43,270 nt of DNA from a virus: positions 1 through 43,270 of IMG/VR virus record IMGVR_UViG_3300034069_000622. One strand, written 5' to 3'. Shown piece by piece: positions 1-7,000 of this stretch; the stretch's first letter is position 1, and the number at the start of each line of letters is the position of its first letter. Under the pieces are notes generated by a model, which saw only the letters and a program-made list of their open reading frames with translations, was not told the DNA's origin and searched no databases. Made by a program: the position numbers and the translations under genes.

Positions 1-27
1 AGCATGATCGTGACGAACAGTTCAGCT
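1..27. repeat. Terminal direct repeat, copy 1 (identical to 43244..43270); circular-assembly overlap / genome closure point
   Basis: The first 27 nt, agcatgatcgtgacgaacagttcagct, are identical to the last 27 nt of the window. A minus-strand ORF reads in frame across the join. Confidence 0.95.
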
Positions 28-73
28 AGGGTCATGGGAGCCTTTCGTTTGGGGAGTTGACCATTCTTCACGC

Positions 74-370
74 ATGCGAAAAGAATACCGTCCTATGGCG
101 ACGGTAAAGATGGAGTTCAAAGACAACGACGACGGCACGGTCACGGTCACGATGGACCCGCTCGCGGGCTCCCTGATCGAGCGCCACTACAACACGGTCG
201 ACGGCCTGACCTCGGCCGAATCGTACGCGCTGCACGCCGCCAACCGCGTGCGCCTGGCGTCGAAAGAAGAGCGGGTCAAAGGCTCGCCGCTCGCCATCGA
301 CACGAATTTCTCGGGCTACAACGCGCCCGCGAGCACGCTCGCCATCCCCGGGAAGAAAAACCCTTACTAG
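74..370 (+). CDS. Hypothetical protein (start uncertain: 74, 95 or 110)
   Basis: Plus-strand ORF with strongly GC-rich third codon positions from about nt 95 onward. No clear SD sequence. Its stop overlaps the endolysin stop (CTAG at 367..370). No recognisable motif. Confidence 0.55.
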   Translation: MRKEYRPMATVKMEFKDNDDGTVTVTMDPLAGSLIERHYNTVDGLTSAESYALHAANRVRLASKEERVKGSPLAIDTNFSGYNAPASTLAIPGKKNPY

Positions 371-1134
371 GCTTTTGGCGAAACGGGCGTGGCCTTTAGG
401 GCCGCCAGCGCCTCAACGAAGGTCTTGTGGTAACCCGCGATCTTCTTCGCCTGGTCGGTCCCGTTGATGATGTAGCGCGCGCCGATTGGGTTGTTCACCT
501 TGTCGTTGAAGTAGTTCGATAGCTTCCTGCCCGTGAAGATCCCGTTCACCATGCCGTCGACCATGATGTGCGCGGCCATCTTCGGCTCAAGCGCCTTGAG
601 CGGCGTCTTGTCGATCCCGTACTTTTTGTAGTTCGCCTTCCAGGTCAGCTGCACGTAGCCCCGGCCGATGTACGGGTAGTAGGGTTTCCGGCGCAGGTAG
701 CGGTCGCCACCGTCTTCCGTCACGGGCTTCATCGCGCGGCCGGTCTCGTGCCAGGCCGTGGCGAGCATGTACGCAAACCAGCGGTCGTCGGTCAGCTTCG
801 AATCCGCCCACACCTGCAGCAGCGTCTCGAACCCCTCCACTTGGCTTTGTGACAAGACGCCCAGATCGTCCCGGACTTCGTCGTAAAACGCCGAGCGGTC
901 GGCGACGAGCGCGCTCTGAACGGCCGGATCATCCGGGGTCTCGGCCGGCGCGGGCGCGGCCGCGGTCACGATCTTTGGCTCGGGTTCGCAAACGCTCTTC
1001 GCCGCGGCTTCTAGACCTTTCAGCGTCGCCGCCAGCGTCTCGTCGCCAAAGTCCCCGTCGACGCCGCCGTCGTAAAGGTCCAGGTCCTCGAGTTTTTTCT
1101 GCAAAGTTTCAACGCGCTTCGAAAGGCCCATCAT
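367..1134 (-). CDS. Endolysin: N-terminal peptidoglycan-binding domain (PG_binding_1-like) plus GH19-type lysozyme/chitinase-like catalytic domain
   Basis: N-terminus LQKKLEDLDLYDGGVDGDFGDETLAATLKGLE matches the PG-binding repeat pattern. The C-terminal part has AYMLATAWHETG ... YIGRGYVQLTWKANYKKYG, the GH19 phage-endolysin signature (HE(T/S) ... GRGxxQLTxxxNY). It is the last gene of the late operon. Confidence 0.85.
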   Translation of the reverse strand: MMGLSKRVETLQKKLEDLDLYDGGVDGDFGDETLAATLKGLEAAAKSVCEPEPKIVTAAAPAPAETPDDPAVQSALVADRSAFYDEVRDDLGVLSQSQVEGFETLLQVWADSKLTDDRWFAYMLATAWHETGRAMKPVTEDGGDRYLRRKPYYPYIGRGYVQLTWKANYKKYGIDKTPLKALEPKMAAHIMVDGMVNGIFTGRKLSNYFNDKVNNPIGARYIINGTDQAKKIAGYHKTFVEALAALKATPVSPKA

Positions 1135-1151
1135 CCGTCCTATTTAGAATT

Positions 1152-1613
1152 TTACTTTAACGCTTCGCCGATGCTCGAGAAGCGAACGATCTTCGATTGC
1201 CACTTGCCGATGTCTTTATCGGTGCAGCCGTACTGCTTGCACGTCGAGGTGAAGACCGCGCGAAGCTCGGCCAGCGACTCGGCCGGCAGGATCGCGCCCT
1301 CGCGCAAGATCAGGGTCTCGGTCTTGTTCTTGCCCGAGATCTTGATCATGTGCTCGGCGTCGTTGGCGACGTAGGTCTCTTTGCCCGTCGCCATCGTCAC
1401 GCAGTAAAGGCAGGTCTGGCTGCCCGTCTTCTCCTTGCAGACCGGGTTCCCGCGCGTGAGCGTGACCTTGCCTAAGTCAGGGAGTGTCTTCGTCTCGGTC
1501 TTCACCCTCAGCGGGCGGCAGATCGGAACGTCCGGAACCTGTATCGTTGAGCAGGCGGAGAGCCACCCAAACCAAAAACACGCGGCCAGCCCAAGTGACG
1601 ATGTCTTGCACAT
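1152..1613 (-). CDS. Cys-rich lipoprotein (candidate o-spanin-like or superinfection-exclusion lipoprotein)
   Basis: ATG start. Signal peptide MCKTSSLGLAACFWFGWLSAC with lipobox L-S-A-C. The mature part has several more Cys residues. Sits between membrane-protein genes and the endolysin. Confidence 0.6.
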   Translation of the reverse strand: MCKTSSLGLAACFWFGWLSACSTIQVPDVPICRPLRVKTETKTLPDLGKVTLTRGNPVCKEKTGSQTCLYCVTMATGKETYVANDAEHMIKISGKNKTETLILREGAILPAESLAELRAVFTSTCKQYGCTDKDIGKWQSKIVRFSSIGEALK

Positions 1614-1619
1614 TCAATT

Positions 1620-1988
1620 TTACCCCGCCAATCCGACCAAATTTTTGAACTGCTTCGACGCGTCCGCCTCGGCCGTGGCCCACGTCTGATCGTCGACGTC
1701 GTCCGGGAGCTGATCAACCTTCGTCACCGCCTCCACGTAGTCGTCCCGCTTGTCGAGCGCGATGACCTTGTTGTTCAGCACGAACGCGAGGAGCTCGCCC
1801 TTCGTCAGAAGCTCGCCCACCGCCCAGTCCGCCAGGTCGTAGAAGATGTGATTGAGAAACGGGTTCGCCAGAAACGGACACTTGATCACGCCCTGGCCAA
1901 CGAGCACCGAGACCAGAAAGGTCTGCATGCCGGTTTTGACCGCGTGCACGGTGTCGTCAATGTTCAGTGTTTCGGTCGCCGCCGCCAT
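1620..1988 (-). CDS. Hypothetical protein (weakly hydrophobic N-terminal half; lysis-cassette position)
   Basis: ATG at 1986..1988 preceded by GGAGG with a 6-nt spacer. GC3-rich frame. One moderately hydrophobic stretch (MQTFLVSVLVGQGVI). Confidence 0.6.
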   Translation of the reverse strand: MAAATETLNIDDTVHAVKTGMQTFLVSVLVGQGVIKCPFLANPFLNHIFYDLADWAVGELLTKGELLAFVLNNKVIALDKRDDYVEAVTKVDQLPDDVDDQTWATAEADASKQFKNLVGLAG

Positions 1989-2382
1989 CTACCGCCTCCA
2001 TCCCGCGCCAGATTCCCTTGTAGGTGAAGCCACCCATGATCACCGTGACCTTCACGATCTCGGCATTTAGGTCCAAGATCACGACGCCTTGCGCGTGACC
2101 GAGTCCTGCCGCGTGAAACCGAACCCAGGCGCGTTGGTGCTCGATCACGCGCACGACGGCCTCGACGCCGGACACGTTGAAGACGTCGCCGACCTTCAGG
2201 CTCTCACTCCTAAGCCTCGCCGGTTCAACGCGCGTCGAGCCGGCGAAGAGCTTCTTTCGCTTCAGCCCGAACAGGCCCTGGAACGTAAGGCGTCCCTGGT
2301 AGTGGAGGTCGCCCGTCACGGGGTGAAACGTGAAGTGGAGTTCGCCGCCGAGCACGTCGGGCTGTCTCGAGCGAACGACCAT
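1957..2382 (-). CDS. Hypothetical protein (141 aa)
   Basis: This is the protein-like C-terminal 141 aa of the 270-aa track ORF, starting at the internal ATG 2380..2382. The upstream part of that ORF is an Arg/Ser-rich alternative frame of the real gene 2432..2758. Confidence 0.5.
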   Translation of the reverse strand: MVVRSRQPDVLGGELHFTFHPVTGDLHYQGRLTFQGLFGLKRKKLFAGSTRVEPARLRSESLKVGDVFNVSGVEAVVRVIEHQRAWVRFHAAGLGHAQGVVILDLNAEIVKVTVIMGGFTYKGIWRGMEAVDGGGDRNTEH

Positions 2383-2431
2383 GTTTTGCGAAACGACGCT
2401 TCTCCCCACCGGGCGTGACCAGACCCGCGGC

Positions 2432-2758
2432 CTAAAGCGGCGCGGCCTCGACCGGCTCGGCTTCGTGAGCCGCGACGGTGCTTGCGGCCGGCGCTGCGTC
2501 AGCTTCGACCACAGGAGCCGCCACTTGCGCGGGCGCTTTGTAACCGATCGCGGCCATGATGCCGGCCACGGCGGCGGCCACGTAACGCTGAAGAAACGGC
2601 ACCTTGGCCGCGATCTTTCCGAGCAGCGCCGTGAGCGGAGCCTCGAGCTGGTGCATCGGGTACTGGAGATCGACGCCAATGTTGCCGTCGTCGTCGGCGC
2701 GAACGCCCACGGAAATGCCGGTCGTGCCGATCTTTTGATCGAGAAGCTGCTTCGCCAT
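2432..2758 (-). CDS. Hypothetical membrane-associated protein (one hydrophobic segment, Ala/Pro-rich tail)
   Basis: ATG preceded by AAGGTGGG. Hydrophobic stretch YVAAAVAGIMAAIGY. GC3-rich frame. Confidence 0.6.
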   Translation of the reverse strand: MAKQLLDQKIGTTGISVGVRADDDGNIGVDLQYPMHQLEAPLTALLGKIAAKVPFLQRYVAAAVAGIMAAIGYKAPAQVAAPVVEADAAPAASTVAAHEAEPVEAAPL

Positions 2759-2784
2759 ACGGAGCCCACCTTTTTTATTTAATT

Positions 2785-3177
2785 TTATCTGCGTGTCTTC
2801 GTATTGTTGAACAGGGCTTCGAGCCTGTCCATTTTAATTTCGGTGTGGTCGAGGCGCTTCTCGATCTTGTCCTGATTGTGGATGTTGCGGCCCTCGGAGT
2901 CCTTGATGCTTTGCAAGATCAAGTCGTTGCCCCACTTGAGCTGGGCCAAAAGTTCCGCGTGGCTCGCGGCGATGCTCGCCTTGATTTCCGTTTGCGCGCC
3001 GCGGAGCGTGTCGATCTGGACGCGCATCGTGTCGGCCTTGTCGTTCGTCATGAACATCTGCGTCAGCGGCTGAATGGCGAGGAGCGCCGCCACGACCGAG
3101 CCCGCGCCCGCGACCTGCTTCGTCGTGAACGTGGCGGTTTTTCTGACGCGGCTTTGATCGACCTGCTCGTCCGACAT
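2785..3177 (-). CDS. Type II membrane protein with coiled-coil ectodomain (i-spanin-like; could instead be a holin-class protein)
   Basis: N-terminal TM segment AGAGSVVAALLAI followed by about 90 aa with a heptad-like, charged pattern (QIDTLRGAQTEIKASIAASHAELLAQLK ... IEKRLDHTEIKMDRLEALF). It is the first gene after the tail fibres. Confidence 0.5.
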   Translation of the reverse strand: MSDEQVDQSRVRKTATFTTKQVAGAGSVVAALLAIQPLTQMFMTNDKADTMRVQIDTLRGAQTEIKASIAASHAELLAQLKWGNDLILQSIKDSEGRNIHNQDKIEKRLDHTEIKMDRLEALFNNTKTRR

Positions 3178-3179
3178 AC

Positions 3180-3243
3180 GGCTCCCGGCTCCCCTTTAAA
3201 TTCAGCTGTGATCGCCAACGTAAATCAAAGCAAACCGGGAGCC
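3180..3243 (-). promoter_or_regulatory. 9-bp inverted repeat able to sequester the RBS of gene 2785..3177
   Basis: GGCTCCCGG (3180..3188) and CCGGGAGCC (3235..3243) are perfect reverse complements 46 nt apart. On the minus-sense mRNA the 3' arm contains the GGGAG Shine-Dalgarno 4 nt before the ATG at 3177. Confidence 0.35.
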
Positions 3244-3257
3244 AAGAACCGAGATCA

Positions 3258-4973
3258 TCACGGGCCGACGCGGTTGAACGTCATGAAGTTGTTCAGCGCG
3301 TTACCGTTCAGGGTGACGCTCGCGCTCGAGGCATTTAAGAAACGGATGTCGAAGTAATCGTTCGCCGCCAGGGCGATGTGATCGGTCACGTCAAAGCCGA
3401 GCTGGTGCGTACCGTTCACGGTAACGAAGTAAGGTCTGCCCGTGCAGTAAATCGAACCGTTCTTGAAGATCGCGAGGTACGGCAATTGCCCGCCGGCCCA
3501 GGTCGCGTTGGCCAGCAGGATATTCGCCGAGACCAGGTAGCGTCCGGCCGCCGCGGTGTTCGCCGTGTAGCGCCACGCGGTGCTGGGGTTGGTGACGAGA
3601 CCCTGCGATCGGTCGTCGCTCGCGGTCAGGTAGTTGATGATCGTCGAAACGCCGCTCGCCAGAGCCTGCTGCGCGGCCGACGTGAAGCGCCCGTAGAATG
3701 TCGTCGACGCGGTCGGATCGCCCCAGCGCACGCCCGTGGCTTGAGTCGAGTCGGCAAAGAGCGTCTGCCCGTTCGTGCCGACCCCGAGCCGCACGTTCGA
3801 CGAGGCGCCGCGCAGGATCAAATCGCCGAGCGTCGTCGTCGGACTCAAGGCATCAAAGCCCGCGGCCTTGGTCGTGGCCCCGGTTCCGCCGTTTGCGACC
3901 GCCACCACGCCCGTCACGTTCGCCGCGGTCCCGGTCGTGTTTTGGTTTAGGGTGGGCACGTCCGCCGCCTGAATCGCGCTGAGCGAAGCGTTCGTGCCGT
4001 CCGAGCGCAAATACCGGCCCGCGGTCTGCGCGCCCGTCAGCGCGGTGATCGCCGCGGCTTGCGTCGTCTGGCCCGTCCCGCCATTTGCGATCGCCACGGT
4101 GCCGGTCACGTTCGCCGCCGTGCCGGTCGTGTTCTGGTTTAAAGTCGGAACATCCCCGGCCTGGATCGCGCTCAAACTCGCGTTGGTGCCGTCCGAGCGG
4201 ACGAAGCGCCCCGCGGTCTGCGGGCCCGTCAGGGCCGTCAGCGCCGCGGCCTGGGTCGTCTGTCCCGTTCCGCCGTTCGAGAGCCCCACGACCCCCGTCA
4301 CGTTCGATGCCGTGCCCGTGGTGTTCTGGTTCAACGTCGGCACGTCCGCCGCCTGAATGGCCGCCAGGGTCGCGTTGGTCCCGTCCGAGCGCAGGTATCG
4401 ACCCGCCGTTTGGGTTCCGGTCAGGGCGGTGATGGCCGCGGCTTGCGTGGTCTGCCCGGTCCCGCCATTCGCAATCGAGATCGGGTAGGTGATCTGGGTC
4501 ACCCCGCGGGTGCCGACGTACTGGTAAAAGCTGATCACGGGCGGCATGTTCGCCGGGACGCTCGTGTAGAACGTCAGCACGCCCGTGTCGCCATCGACCA
4601 GCCAGTCGCCGCTTCCGAACGGGATCGTGTTACCTGAAGAGTCCTTTAAAACGTAATTGTACGACCCGTCGCCGAAGTTGAACGGGATGCAGCCCTTGAG
4701 CGAGTCCGAGTAGAACGCGTTCGAGACGCCCGCCACCGCGGTCAGCGTGAGCCCGGCGTAGTATTTGACGACCCCGTTCGCGCTCGTCGCCTGGTCGGCC
4801 AGGACCGGCGCCGTCGTCGGGATCAGGTCCGATTGCCCGAGCAGCTGCGACATGTAGATCGCAAGCCTCGCGCTCCGCGGCTCCTCGAAGAATTGGCGCT
4901 GGTCGCTCGTGCTCGAGACGCCCTGCTGTTTTTTGAATAACGAGTTGGCGATGGACGTAGTCGTTAAGGCCAT
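3258..4973 (-). CDS. Tail fibre protein with three 64-aa tandem repeats and a C-terminal jelly-roll (C1q/TNF-like?) tip domain
   Basis: Repeats of NGGTGQTTQAAA(I/L)TALTG.QTAGR(Y/F)(L/V)RSDGTNA.L.AIQA.DVPTLNQNTTGTA.NVTG, a GGTG-type phage fibre repeat. The C-terminal ~150 aa has a beta-rich pattern (GRYLVSANILL ... AIFKNGSIY ... LAANDYFDIRF). The start shares 1 nt with the upstream stop (TAATG). Confidence 0.8.
   Translation of the reverse strand: MALTTTSIANSLFKKQQGVSSTSDQRQFFEEPRSARLAIYMSQLLGQSDLIPTTAPVLADQATSANGVVKYYAGLTLTAVAGVSNAFYSDSLKGCIPFNFGDGSYNYVLKDSSGNTIPFGSGDWLVDGDTGVLTFYTSVPANMPPVISFYQYVGTRGVTQITYPISIANGGTGQTTQAAAITALTGTQTAGRYLRSDGTNATLAAIQAADVPTLNQNTTGTASNVTGVVGLSNGGTGQTTQAAALTALTGPQTAGRFVRSDGTNASLSAIQAGDVPTLNQNTTGTAANVTGTVAIANGGTGQTTQAAAITALTGAQTAGRYLRSDGTNASLSAIQAADVPTLNQNTTGTAANVTGVVAVANGGTGATTKAAGFDALSPTTTLGDLILRGASSNVRLGVGTNGQTLFADSTQATGVRWGDPTASTTFYGRFTSAAQQALASGVSTIINYLTASDDRSQGLVTNPSTAWRYTANTAAAGRYLVSANILLANATWAGGQLPYLAIFKNGSIYCTGRPYFVTVNGTHQLGFDVTDHIALAANDYFDIRFLNASSASVTLNGNALNNFMTFNRVGP
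3894..4469 (-). repeat. In-frame tandem repeat, 3 x 192 bp (64 aa), with a partial 4th copy continuing to about 3850
   Basis: Residues 169-232, 233-296 and 297-360 of the fibre protein are near-identical. The DNA copies are visibly similar but diverged. Confidence 0.85.
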
Positions 4974-6976
4974 TAGGCGATGCTCCCGAAGAATTTATTG
5001 GATCCGGACGGAATGCCGACGCGAACGAAGACGGTCCCGGTCTTTGGCGCCGTCCCGAAGGTGACGCGCTTTTGCGTCGCCGTCGACTGGCTGACGTCGA
5101 GCGCGGCGTCGCCGTTCGCGGTCGGCGACCCGACGCCGGAGTACGCCTGATTTGCGTCGATCCAGCCCGTCGTGCCCGACGACCCGTCGACCCGCACGTA
5201 GAGCGCGAGACCAGACACGATCGTCGACGTGCCGAAATTGTTGGCCGACTGGAACGCGAACAACACCGAGGTCACCGCGCTGACGCTCCCGAAATTAAAC
5301 GTCACCCAGCGCATGTTGTTGTAGGTGTCCGGGGTCAGGCCCGAATAGTCCGGGCCCGCCGGCAGCGATCCGGCGTAAGAGACGAGCGGCGGGTAGCGGT
5401 ACGCGCCCGCCAGGTACTGGAGCGCCTTGTTCGACGCCAGGCTCAACGTCGAGTCGTACGCCTGCCCGTACCCGCTCGTCGGAAACTGACCCGTGCCGGA
5501 CGTGACCCGTGTCTCGGTGCCGATCGAGTCGACCCGGATCGGCTGGCTCAAGCTCACCGTCGTGCTCGGCGCCTGCTTCGAATTGTACCCGGTCACCTGC
5601 GCGGCCACCGACTCGCCGTAGAAGTTGTTCAAGATCGTCAAATTTGCCGTGTCGGAATAGGTCGTGTTCGCGGCCGGCACCGTGGCCGGGCTCTTCGTCA
5701 CGATCGCGGTCGCGGCTGAGGAATTGACCGCCGCCAGGTAGAGCGCCGAATAGTGGGTCCGGATCGCGCTCGCAATCTGAAACGCCACCGCCAACGTCGC
5801 GCCCGCCGCGTAAGACGGCACGCCGGATTTGTAGACCGTCGCTCCGGACGGCGTGATCGACGTCACACTCGCCGACGGCGTCGCCGGGTCATCGACGTAA
5901 AAGGAAAGCTGCGGGGTCGAACCCGTAACCGAGTCGACGAGCTGCGCGGTGTGCGCGCCTACGCTCAACGAGGCGGCCTGAATCTTCGCCGTGATGGCCT
6001 TGAAGATGCCGGACTTTCCCGCCTGGCCCGCGTACGGGTCGAACTCCGACAAGACCGTCAGCCAGCCGTTGCTCAAACCCGAATCGTCGCCGGTCGTTAA
6101 GGTCACGAGACCCTGGACCGCGGCGTCGACGAGCGCCTGCAGCGTCCCGCGGTCGGCGTCCCCGAACGCATTCGCGAAGACCGCCGCCAATCCCGGCGTC
6201 ACGGTCGGGCTTTGATTGTCGGTCACGACCGCGTGGAGCGCGCCCGACCCGGACGCGAACGCCTGGTAGCTCGAGGGAATGCTCAACACCAGCGCACTCA
6301 AATTTTGCGGCGGCGTCGGCGTGATCTTGCCGAGTAAAGTCGCGACCTTGTCGAAGGCGTCCTCGTATAGATCGCCCTTCGCCACGCCGGCCGGGTTCCC
6401 GCTCGCGCCCCCGTAGGTGCCGTCGGTCGGGTTATTGAGGTAGCCCGTCGCCACCCCGCCCCCGGCCGAAGCGAGGAGCGTCTTGATGTCGACGACCTCG
6501 AGCCCCGTGCCCGCCTGATTGATCCGGAACACCTTGAGCCCGTCGGCCGCGCTGACCGGGTTGAGCCTCGTCTGGAAAGTGCCGGTCGTCGCCGGCACCT
6601 TGAAGCAGCGGTCGACGCGCTCGCTCAGCTGCTGGTCGATCATGCGCGACATGTCGAAGTTGTCTTCGATCGTCGCCGGGTAATAGGCGTCCTGGTTTCT
6701 GATCGAAGTCGATTGCGTGAGCGGCTGCGCGCCCAAGATCACGATCGTTTCGCCAACGAGCGGCGCCACGGCCAACTGGATTGTTCCGCCGTTCGTGAGA
6801 CCCACGCCCGAGACCGAGTAGTCGGTGCCGAGGGAGAGCGCCAGCTCCGCGTTGAGGACCGTCAGCCGGTAGACCGCGAGCTGACTCTGGTCGAAGATTT
6901 TGAAGGTGTACGGAAACGACGTCGTCGTGCCGTCGCCGAGGTACGTGTTTCTTCGCGTGAGCGTTGCAATCGACAT
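4973..6976 (-). CDS. Tail fibre / tailspike protein (N-terminal virion-anchoring domain of podovirus fibre type)
   Basis: N-terminus YLGDGTTTSFPYTFKIFDQSQLAVY ... LGTDYSV ... IEDNFDMSRMIDQQLSERVDRCFKVP resembles the conserved N-terminal adaptor domain of T7-gp17-like fibres/tailspikes. Position lies between the internal virion proteins and the second fibre. Confidence 0.65.
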   Translation of the reverse strand: MSIATLTRRNTYLGDGTTTSFPYTFKIFDQSQLAVYRLTVLNAELALSLGTDYSVSGVGLTNGGTIQLAVAPLVGETIVILGAQPLTQSTSIRNQDAYYPATIEDNFDMSRMIDQQLSERVDRCFKVPATTGTFQTRLNPVSAADGLKVFRINQAGTGLEVVDIKTLLASAGGGVATGYLNNPTDGTYGGASGNPAGVAKGDLYEDAFDKVATLLGKITPTPPQNLSALVLSIPSSYQAFASGSGALHAVVTDNQSPTVTPGLAAVFANAFGDADRGTLQALVDAAVQGLVTLTTGDDSGLSNGWLTVLSEFDPYAGQAGKSGIFKAITAKIQAASLSVGAHTAQLVDSVTGSTPQLSFYVDDPATPSASVTSITPSGATVYKSGVPSYAAGATLAVAFQIASAIRTHYSALYLAAVNSSAATAIVTKSPATVPAANTTYSDTANLTILNNFYGESVAAQVTGYNSKQAPSTTVSLSQPIRVDSIGTETRVTSGTGQFPTSGYGQAYDSTLSLASNKALQYLAGAYRYPPLVSYAGSLPAGPDYSGLTPDTYNNMRWVTFNFGSVSAVTSVLFAFQSANNFGTSTIVSGLALYVRVDGSSGTTGWIDANQAYSGVGSPTANGDAALDVSQSTATQKRVTFGTAPKTGTVFVRVGIPSGSNKFFGSIA

Positions 6977-7000
6977 CCTAAAAAGTCCTCTTAAAAAGGT

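Noticed and set aside
57-62. TTGACC upstream of ORF 74..370, considered as a -35 box for a divergent promoter.
   Set aside because: No acceptable -10 hexamer lies at 16-19 nt spacing before the candidate start codons, and the 38-nt gap is too short to call promoters with any confidence.
2383-2769. N-terminal 129 codons of the 270-aa ORF 1957..2769.
   Set aside because: The sequence is Arg/Ser/Pro-rich nonsense that overlaps, out of frame, the well-behaved gene 2432..2758, which has its own RBS. Only the part from ATG 2382 down looks protein-like.
3894-4469. Regularly spaced repeats that could be mistaken for a CRISPR-like array.
   Set aside because: The period is 192 bp with no unique spacers. 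The repeats are in frame inside a tail-fibre ORF and encode a 64-aa protein repeat.
3258-6976. A diversity-generating retroelement targeting a fibre gene, considered because several virion proteins look BPP-1-like.
   Set aside because: There is no reverse transcriptase ORF anywhere in the genome, and I saw no template/variable repeat pair matching the 3' ends of the fibre genes.
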